Assembly (NCBI GenBank): GCA_002269645.1
Contig: NIVC01000467.1
Location: 310,001 to 374,000, forward strand
DNA length: 64,000 nucleotides
Source of the DNA: Macrostomum lignano
Taxonomy: Eukaryota
Reading direction: 5' to 3'
The position numbers were made by a program, and so were the translations under genes. This document shows, piece after piece, positions 54,715-64,000 of this stretch; the stretch's first letter is position 1, and each line of letters opens with the position of its first letter. The notes beneath the pieces were generated by a model, which did no database searches, was not told the DNA's origin, and saw only the letters and a list, made by a program, of their open reading frames with translations.

Positions 54715-55850
54715 TGGGCCATGGCTTACACTGAAGGACTGCATTGGGACTAGGTCATGGACTCATGGGTCACAGTGAATGACTGGCATTGGGACTGGGT
54801 CATGGGTCACAGTGAATGACTGACATTGGGACTTTGTCATGGGTCATAGCGTACACTGAAGGACTCACATTGGGACTGGGTCATAGGTCATCATAGTTTA
54901 TACTGAAGAACTGGCCTTGGGACTTTGTCATGGGTCATCATAGCTTATACTGAATGACTGGCATTGGGACTGAGTCATGGGTCACACTGAAGGACTGGCA
55001 TTGGGAATGGGTCATGGGTCACAGTGAATGACTGGCATTGGGACTTTGTCATGGGTCATAGCGTACACTGAAGGACTCACATTGGGACTGGGTCATAGGT
55101 CATCATAGTTTATACTGAAGAACTGGCCTTGGGACTTTGTCATGGGTCATCATAGCTTATACTGAATGACTGGCATTGGGACTGGGTCATGGGTCATAGC
55201 GTACACTGAAGGACTCACATTGGGACTGGGTAATGGGTCACAGTGAATAACTGACATTGGGACTGGTTCATAGGCCGTGGGTCATAGTGAATGACTGAAA
55301 TAAGGACTGGGTCATAGGTCACAGTGAATGACTGGCATTAAGGACTTTGTCATGGGTCATCATAGCTGATACTGAATGACTGGCATTGGGACTGGGTCAT
55401 GGGTCATCATAGCTTATACTGAATGACTGGCATTGGGACTGGGTCATGGGTCATAGCGTACACTGAAGGACTCACATTGGGACTGGGTAATGGGTCACAG
55501 TGAATAACTGACATTGGGACTGGTTCATAGGCCGCAGGTCATAGTGAATGACTGAAATAAGGACTGGGTCATAGGTCACAGTGAATGACTGGCATTAAGG
55601 ACTTTGTCATGGGTCATCATAGCTGATACTGAATGACTGGCATTGGGACTGGGTCATGGGTCATCATAGCTTATACTGAATGACTGGCATTGGGACTGGG
55701 TCATGGGTCATAGCGTACACTGAAGGACTCACATTGGGACTGGGTCATGGGTCATAGCTTATACTGAAGGACTGGCATTGGGACTGGGTCATAGGCCGTG
55801 GGTCATAGTGAATGACTGGAATTGGAAATGGGTCATGGGTGATGATGGGA
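54715..55850. repeat. Composite ~34-40 bp minisatellite between UCHL5 and the profilin gene
   Basis: ACTGAATGACTGGCATTGGGACTGGGTCATGGGTCATAG variants with multi-unit duplications. Confidence 0.92.
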
Positions 55851-56528
55851 TTGTAACAGAATTGTTTTGATACAAATAAAGAAAAAACTCTACACGACAA
55901 GATCGCTAAAAGTTACATTCCAGAATAAAACAACAACCTTTGCTTTGTTTTATTTTTCAGTATGCAGACTTTGAAAAGAGGTTATAATATAGTTTATTAG
56001 TAGGCAGTAAAAGTCAAACAGAAATATCGATATAACTGTTTCAGGACGTACTTTAATTGCGAGATGACACTTTTTGTTTGAAATTTTATCCAGCAGCTGA
56101 GTTTCAAATAAAACATAAATAATAATTGCAACAATATTAATTTACACAGGGCAATTTATTTCAAGAAAGGATACAATTGAACTAACTAATTTCATTTTAA
56201 TATGCTACCGGGTAGAATGTTGGTGGGTGGTTTTGAATAAATATTAATTGATTTGTCACTTTCTAACCCGGAAATTACGAGACACAGTATAAAAAATAAG
56301 TGTCCTAGTTAATGGTCGTTATTTAACACTTTGTTATGAAAATCAATGCAGAGACAATAATTTAATTAGTTCGTCGTGTTCTTTAAATAAAATCGTCAGT
56401 TGATCCTGAAGGATAATTGAGTGAATTTAGATTATTTCTCAAGTCATATTTAGCAGAGCGACACGAATCTCGTTTGTTTTATTCAATAGAGTAGAGCGAC
56501 AAAAAGTTATTCAGTATCTTCCGTGTGT

Positions 56529-57614
56529 TTAATTAGAAGGCTTTGCATCTGCTCCTTTTTCCCCTGTGCCAGCCGCCGAAGCCGCAGTCTTGGCCGCTTG
56601 GGCATCTTTCGTTGCGCTACGATCGCCTTCAGCTTTCCAAGCCTGCCTATTGCGCGATTTGTCAATAGCCACGTCAACTAGGCCATTCACTTGGCCGCGC
56701 TCGCCCAGTATCTTCAACAGCTCCACTACCATGGGTATGTAATTGTGTCGCCGCCTGGCGTTCTCGCGTTTGTACCGAGCGATCTTCTCCTCTTCGTGGC
56801 TAATGGCCTCGGTTAATCGGCTAATCTCGGCGGCCGCGGCTTCAGTTAATCCGCCACTTTCGTCGCCGCCTTCGTCTAGGGCGGCGGTCATCGTGTCCAA
56901 CTGTTTCTGCAGTACAGTCTTCCTGTCGGATATTACAGCTAGCAAAGTGAATCGCAGCTCCGAACTCGCATATCTTTGCATCCGTTTCCTAATCACCGGA
57001 ATAGCGTGCTGCACCCATTCCTCAGTTGGTAGGCCGTCCGGTAGTCGGCCGTGATCGATCGGACCGCGTTTCAACCCGTCCAGTTCGTACAGCCGGCCAT
57101 TGATTGGCACGTAGGCAATGAAATGCGACGCTTCGTCGCGTTCTCCAGCCAGGCTATTGTCAAATTCTAGCATAGTCTGCCTACTAAAACTATTGTGCAC
57201 CTGGCGTATGAGCGGCGAATTAGCCAATGCTAAGCCTTTAGTCTTCGAGTCGAAACTGGCGCTAAATGATTTCAAATTTTGCAAAGTGTCGCCCAATTCA
57301 ACATCCTGATGCTGCACGTTAAGCAGCAAGTTCACAATCGCCAGGGTTGCACAAGCATTATTTACAACCTGATTAGCGAAGTAAATCTCTTCCTCTAGGC
57401 GCGAGTCCAACACGATGCTCTCATCTGTATCCGTTGGCTGCTGTTCTTTTTCGCACATAAACAAAAATATGAGTCCGTGCAACGGTTTCAATTCGATTGA
57501 ATCTTCCAGACTCCAGATTTCTTCAACTTCTACGCCTTTGCAGCCAAAGCCGCGAATTAGTTCAGTAAATACGCCAGGATCGCTTTCGATTAGGCACCAG
57601 TCACTTTCGGACAT
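56529..57614 (-). CDS. UCHL5: Ubiquitin C-terminal hydrolase UCHL5/UCH37, single-exon CDS, 361 aa
   Basis: WCLIESDPGVFTELI, NQVVNNACAT (catalytic Cys), HFIAYVPINGRLYELDGLK (His, Asp) and the ULD-domain motif ENARRRHNYIP. An AATAAA lies 46 nt after the stop. Confidence 0.95.
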   Translation of the reverse strand: MSESDWCLIESDPGVFTELIRGFGCKGVEVEEIWSLEDSIELKPLHGLIFLFMCEKEQQPTDTDESIVLDSRLEEEIYFANQVVNNACATLAIVNLLLNVQHQDVELGDTLQNLKSFSASFDSKTKGLALANSPLIRQVHNSFSRQTMLEFDNSLAGERDEASHFIAYVPINGRLYELDGLKRGPIDHGRLPDGLPTEEWVQHAIPVIRKRMQRYASSELRFTLLAVISDRKTVLQKQLDTMTAALDEGGDESGGLTEAAAAEISRLTEAISHEEEKIARYKRENARRRHNYIPMVVELLKILGERGQVNGLVDVAIDKSRNRQAWKAEGDRSATKDAQAAKTAASAAGTGEKGADAKPSN

Positions 57615-57854
57615 TGCTAGAGTACAGTGTGCCCTTTAGGAGTTAATAGTTTCGTTGATTAAACTAGGTTTTGTTTTACTGCACTGATGGATAATGTTGT
57701 TCTCATGCATTATTTTTAAATTATTAATTATTGTTACTAAATAAAAAAACAGTTTAAAATGGATTGAGCAGTGTCTAATGGGTCAGATGCCAACTGAACA
57801 TTGAAACAGGTACTGTCTAACAGTAGTAAAGGATGTCCTTCTAACGTAACGGGG

Positions 57855-58065
57855 AATGATGTCCTTGGTTAACGGTGAATGAGGTCATTGATTAACGGTA
57901 GATGAGGCCCTTGGTTAACGGTGAATGAGGCCCTTGGTTAACGGTGAATGAGGCCCTTGGTTAACGGTGAATGAGGTCCTTGGTTAACGGTGGTGAAAGA
58001 GGTCCTTGGTTAACGGTGAATGAGGACCTAGCTAATCAGTGAATGGTCCTAGCTAAATAGTGGAT
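57855..58065. repeat. 23-bp minisatellite between COMMD10 and UCHL5
   Basis: (GGTGAATGAGGCCCTTGGTTAAC)n. Confidence 0.88.
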
Positions 58066-58388
58066 GAGGTTTTAATACTCAACAGCGAAATTCTAAAAAA
58101 AGATTATATTATTTGTAAGTAAAAATCTGCTATTGATAAAATTTTATTTAATAGTTATTTGTACACATACCATATTGACAGGACATGCATTTTCCAGTAT
58201 AAATACAAATCAGTATTTCATATAATTAGAGAAATCAATAATTATGCAAGAGGCTAGACATATTGGAAAGTAATTAACGGCATTAGAGTGTCCACAGGTT
58301 AGACAAAATTTAATTCTTTAGCTTAATTTCGCAAATTTCGAATTCAATAAGTTTTGTTAAGCGTGCATTATTGGTCGCATCTTCAATT

Positions 58389-59996
58389 TTAGCCAGTCAG
58401 CTCGTCCAGTTTGGCTTGAATGTCTTCCAGCTGGAATGAGTGTTTAAATCATTTTAGTCTTTCAGTTTGATGCAGGAGGCTGTGTGCAACCTGGCGCACT
58501 TTAAGCGGCATTGTCACACAACCGGCGAGAGGCATTAGTGCCCATTCCGCCGACTCCCCTGAGCAGGCACACAAGCGCGCGGATACGTACGCAGTCATAC
58601 GCACAGGCACACACTCACACAGGAGTGTACAGCGGCCCTAACGTTATTCATCGCTAGGCATGTACACTTCACTGTGCCTTGGGGGTTGGCCCTCAAGCTG
58701 GGCGTTAATTGCACGAGCAGAGCCAAGCCGAGATTCCAATTTAGCCACAAATTAATGTGACTGCACTTGGAATCGAGCCTGGGCCGCTGGCACATCAAAT
58801 CATAATATTTCCAGTTTTTGAAGAGAACCATACATTTACACTTCTACTATTACTAAGTAGCTGATCAGCTATTGTAGCAGAAAACAATTCACTCACCTTC
58901 AAATAGAACTGATACAATTCATCATGGTTAAACTCTACGACTACATGTTCCGCGTTCGGACCTCCCAGCGTCTCATTGTCGCGCAGTACAAAGTCAAGCG
59001 TAGCAATTGGCGTTCTGGTGTTAGCCTTGGAGCTCTGCGCCAGGGTAATACCCAGCTTCCAATTGATGTCGGACAATTCTTTCGGAGCAAATGAACGCGT
59101 TTTAAAAGCTTCAACAATGTCCTTGGCCGATTTGGACCAGACTTCGGCAATTGCTCGACAGTGAGTTTCTGCTAGACCAGATTGAGCTAATTGTTGAGCT
59201 AGCTGATTCGGCTTAGTGATCGAGTAGGCCGCCGATTTGAGCACCTTTTGTTAAAATGGGAAGATTTATATTGCATACTTTTACAGTATAATGTTATTAA
59301 TAATAATTGATTACACCTGCCATAATGGCCAGATGTGCAACCGACAGCTCAGCCGCAGCTATTGCGCGGCGCATCTGAAGGCTGCGTACGGCTGTTCAGT
59401 CCAAAGACTGGGGGGGGGGGGGGGGGGGTCGCCAGGCAAACCCCCAATTACTCCAGCTAATGCTGGCACCCATTTTACAGCTGGGTGAACTGAAGCAATG
59501 CAGAATTAAGTGTCTTGGTCAATCAAGGCCTCAAATTGTTCCGAGTGAGTCGGGAATAGAACCCCCGACCTTTCAGTCGTGAGTCCAACACTCTAACCAC
59601 TAGGTTACAGCCCCTGCCTTTCGAACATATACATGTAGCAAATAATATATAATATATAATATATAATATATAATATAATACCTGGTATATTGCGTAACAA
59701 AGAAATTAAACAAAAAACAGCCACTTCAATTTGATCGAATTTCAAATAGATGTAGAAATAGTCATCGTTAAAACAATTTGCACTCACGTCAGCCAAGTAG
59801 CTAAGCAAGGAATTAAGATCGGCTCTGGTAATGCCAAGCACAGAGATCAGCTTCTCAGCTTCATCGTCGGAGAATACGGCGTCCACCGTGTCGTCCGAGG
59901 CTAGAGTTGGCACTAGTCGCGACAAAATCGCAGTCAGTCTCTTCTCTTCTAATGCATTGACTATCTCCATTGATGTAACAGAGGCTGCAGTGTATA
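58389..59996 (-). CDS. COMMD10: COMM domain-containing protein 10. Three exons are visible; the first exon probably lies beyond the window end.
   Basis: Exons ~59996 (or 59984)-59788, 59244-58897 and 58430-58389. Peptide matches COMMD10: VFSDDEAEKL, VWSKSAKDIVEAFKTRSFAPKELSDINWKL, VVEFNHDELYQFYLK|LEDIQAKLDELTG*. A branch-like CCTAAT plus TTCAG acceptor lies at 59997. An in-frame ATG at 59970 is an alternative start. Confidence 0.88.
58473..58797 (-). mobile_element. SINE family X copy in the last COMMD10 intron
   Basis: High identity to 41706-42035 over about 325 bp. Confidence 0.75.
59296..59608 (-). mobile_element. SINE family Y copy in a COMMD10 intron
   Basis: TAACCTAGTGG A box, GGTTCTATTCC B box, CAAGACACTTAA..CACCCAGCTGTAAAATGGGT CORE-like block and an (ATT)n tail. 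Homologous to 48128-48423. Confidence 0.78.
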
Positions 59997-60082
59997 CTGA
60001 ATGACAATTAGGTAATGATGACGCAACAGTAGGGACTAGTGAATTTACTGCAATATACTTCAATGAAATTAGTGCTACATGT

Positions 60083-63000
60083 ACCCTATAGTCATTAGGT
60101 GTCTTCTACCTTCAGATTAGTTACAGGGCCGCAATGCTACCCTATAGTCATTAGGTGTCTTCTACCTTCAGATTAGTTACAGGGCCGCAATGCTACCCTA
60201 TAGTCATTAGGTGTCTTCTACCTTCAGATTAGTTACAGGGCCGCAATGCTACCCTATAGTCATTAGGTGTCTTCTACCTTCAGATTAGTTACAGGGCCGC
60301 AATGCTACCCTATAGTCATTAGGTGTCTTCTACCTTCAGATTAGTTACAGGGCCGCAATGCTACCCTATAGTCATTAGGTGTCTTCTACCTTCAGATTAG
60401 TTACAGGGCCGCAATGCTACCCTATAGTCATTAGGTGTCTTCTACCTTCGGATTAGTTACAGGGCCGCAATGCTACCCTATAGTCATTAGGTGTCTTCTA
60501 CCTTCAGATTAGTTACAGGGCCGCAATGCTACCCTATAGTCATTAGGTGTCTTCTACCTTCAGATTAGTTACAGGGCCGCAATGCTACCCTATAGTCATT
60601 AGGTGTCTTCTACCTTCAGATTAGTTACAGGGCCGCAATGCTACCCTATAGTCATTAGGTGTCTTCTACCTTCAGATTAGTTACAGGGCCGCAATGCTAC
60701 CCTATAGTCATTAGGTGTCTTCTACCTTCAGATTAGTTACAGGGCCGCAATGCTACCCTATACTCATTAGGTGTCTTCTACCTTCTGATAAGTTACAGGG
60801 CCGCAATGCTACCCTATAGTCATTAGGTGTCTTCTACCTTCAGATTAGTTACAGGGCCGCAATGCTACCCTATACTCAATAGGTGTCTTCTACCTTCAGA
60901 TTAGTTAAATGGCCACAATGCTACCCTATAGTCATTAGGTGTCTTCTACCTTCGGATTAGTTACAGGGCCGCAATGCTACCCTATACTCAATAGGTGTCT
61001 TCTACCTTCAGATTAGTTACAGGGCCACAATGCTACCCTATAGTCATTAGGTGTCTTCTACCTTCGGATTAGTTACAGGGCCGCAATGCTACCCTATACT
61101 CAATAGGTGTCTTCTACCTTTAGATTAGTTACAGGGCCGCAATGCTACCCTATACTCAATAGGTGTCTTCTACCTTCAGATTAGTTACAGGGCCGCAATG
61201 CTACCCTATACTCATTAGGTGTCTTCTACCTTCGGATTAGTTACAGGGCCACAATGCTACCCTATAGTCATTAGGTGTCTTCTACCTTCGGATTAGTTAC
61301 AGGGCCGCAATGCTACCCTATACTCAATAGGTGTCTTCTACCTTCAGATTAGTTACAGGGCCACAATGCTACCCTATAGTCATTAGGTGTCTTCTACCTT
61401 CGGATTAGTTACAGGGCCGCAATGCTACCCTATACTCAATAGGTGTCTTCTACCTTTAGATTAGTTACAGGGCCGCAATGCTACCCTATACTCAATAGGT
61501 GTCTTCTACCTTCAGATTAGTTACAGGGCCGCAATGCTACCCTATACTCATTAGGTGTCTTCTACCTTCGGATTAGTTACAGGGCCACAATGCTATAGTC
61601 TTTAGGTGTCTTCTACCTTCAGATTAGTTACAGGGCCGCAATGCTACCCTATAGTCATTAGGTGTCTTCTACCTTCGGATTAGTTACAGGGCCGCAATGC
61701 TACCCTATAGTCATTAGGTGTCTTCTACCTTCTGATAAGTTAAATGGCCTCAATGCTACCCTATACTCATTAGGTGTCTTCTACCTTCTGATAAGTTAAA
61801 TGGCCACAATGCTACCCTATACTCATTAGGTGTCTTCTACCTTCTGATAAGTTAAATGGCCACAATGCTACCCTATACTCATTAGGTGTCTTCTACCTTC
61901 TGATAAGTTAAATGGCCTCAATGCTACCCTATACTCATTAGGTGTCTTCTACCTTCTGATAAGTTAAATGGCCACAATGCTACCCTATACTCATTAGGTG
62001 TCTTCTACCTTCTGATAAGTTAAATGGCCACAATGCTACCCTATACTCATTAGGTGTCTTCTACTTTCTGATAAGTTAAATGGCCACAATGCTACCCTAT
62101 AGTCATGAGGTGTCTTCTACCTTCGGATTAGTTACAGGGCCACAATGCTACCCTATACTCATTAGGTGTCTTCTACCTTCTGATAAGTTAAATGGCCTCA
62201 ATGCTACCCTATACTCATTAGGTGTCTTCTACCTTCTGATAAGTTAAATGGCCTCAATGCTACCCTATACTCATTAGGTGTCTTCTACCTTCTGATAAGT
62301 TAAATGGCCTCAATGCTACCCTATACTCATTAGGTGTCTTCTACCTTCTGATAAGTTAAATGGCCTCAATGCTACCCTATACTCATTAGGTGTCTTCTAC
62401 CTTCGGATTAGTTACAGGGCCACAATGCTACCCTATACTCATTAGGTGTCTTCTACCTTCTGATAAGTTAAATGGCCACAATGCTACCCTATACTCATTA
62501 GGTGTCTTCTACCTTCTGATAAGTTAAATGGCCTCAATGCTACCCTATACTCATTAGGTGTCTTCTACCTTCTGATAAGTTAAATAGCCACAATGCTACC
62601 CTATACTCATTAGGTGTCTTCTACCTTCTGATAAGTTAAATGGCCTCAATGCTACCCTATACTCATTAGGTGTCTTCTACCTTCTGATAAGTTAAATGGC
62701 CACAATGCTACCCTATACTCATTAGGTGTCTTCTACCTTCGGATTAGTTACAGGGCCACAATGCTACCCTATACTCATTAGGTGTCTTCTACCTTCTGAT
62801 AAGTTAAATGGCCTCAATGCTACCCTATACTCATTAGGTGTCTTCTACCTTCTGATAAGTTAAATGGCCTCAATGCTACCCTATACTCATTAGGTGTCTT
62901 CTACCTTCGGATTAGTTACAGGGCCACAATGCTACCCTATACTCATTAGGTGTCTTCTACCTTCTGATAAGTTAAATGGCCACAATGCTACCCTATACTC

Positions 63001-64000
63001 ATTAGGTGTCTTCTACCTTCTGATAAGTTAAATGGCCTCAATGCTACCCTATACTCATTAGGTGTCTTCTACCTTCTGATAAGTTAAATGGCCTCAATGC
63101 TACCCTATACTCATTAGGTGTCTTCTACCTTCTGATAAGTTAAATGGCCACAATGCTACCCTATACTCATTAGGTGTCTTCTACCTTCTGATAAGTTAAA
63201 TGGCCTCAATGCTACCCTATACTCATTAGGTGTCTTCTACCTTCTGATAAGTTAAATGGCCTCAATGCTACCCTATACTCATTAGGTGTCTTCTACCTTC
63301 TGATAAGTTAAATGGCCTCAATGCTACCCTATACTCATTAGGTGTCTTCTACCTTCTGATAAGTTAAATGGCCACAATGCTACCCTATACTCATTAGGTG
63401 TCTTCTACCTTCTGATAAGTTAAATGGCCTCAATGCTACCCTATACTCATTAGGTGTCTTCTACCTTCGGATTAGTTACAGGGCCACAATGCTACCCTAT
63501 ACTCATTAGGTGTCTTCTACCTTCTGATAAGTTAAATGGCCTCAATGCTACCCTATACTCATTAGGTGTCTTCTACCTTCTGATAAGTTAAATGGCCTCA
63601 ATGCTACCCTATACTCATTAGGTGTCTTCTACCTTCGGATTAGTTACAGGGCCACAATGCTACCCTATACTCATTAGGTGTCTTCTACCTTCTGATAAGT
63701 TAAATGGCCACAATACTACCCTATACTCATTAGGTGTCTTCTACCTTCTGATAAGTTAAATGGCCTCAATGCTACCCTATACTCATTAGGTGTCTTCTAC
63801 CTTCTGATAAGTTAAATGGCCTCAATGCTACCCTATACTCATTAGGTGTCTTCTACCTTCTGATAAGTTAAATGGCCACAATGCTACCCTATACTCATTA
63901 GGTGTCTTCTACCTTCTGATAAGTTAAATGGCCTCAATGCTACCCTATACTCATTAGGTGTCTTCTACCTTCTGATAAGTTAAATGGCCACAATGCTACC
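60083..64000. repeat. 56-bp satellite, about 70 copies, open at the window end
   Basis: CTACCCTATAGTCATTAGGTGTCTTCTACCTTCAGATTAGTTACAGGGCCGCAATG and variants. Confidence 0.98.

Noticed and set aside
60083-64000. 56-bp periodic array as CRISPR-like
   Set aside because: Whole monomers repeat and there are no spacers.

Overview
Metazoan (eukaryotic) genomic DNA with GT-AG introns, not prokaryotic. The compact, intron-poor housekeeping genes and minisatellite-filled introns would fit a free-living flatworm such as Macrostomum, but this is inference only. I reconstructed nine protein-coding genes by hand. One is on the + strand: an anillin/rhotekin-homology gene at 459-1861 carrying an internal +1 frameshift. 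Eight are consecutive on the - strand, in transcription order COMMD10, UCHL5, a divergent profilin, USP4/11/15, GFOD1/2, DPP8/9, WDR4 and TAF1. About half of the window is repeat. Most introns and intergenic gaps hold their own micro- or minisatellite, and most long ORFs in the supplied track are artefacts of these arrays. Mobile elements: a head-to-tail pair of non-autonomous Helitrons (32181-41682) carrying expanded 18-bp and 23-bp satellites and a tRNA-like segment; two tRNA-derived SINE families; a small TIR DNA transposon nested in a SINE; and hAT-type MITE remnants. Best leads: (1) the 8-gene co-oriented run with splice-acceptor-like sites just before the start codons (candidate trans-spliced operon); (2) the exact CTAG|TC Helitron concatemer sitting 163 bp upstream of the DPP9 start codon; (3) a 72-bp invariant, pseudoknot-capable block in one SINE family; (4) the frameshifted, PH-less anillin-like gene.
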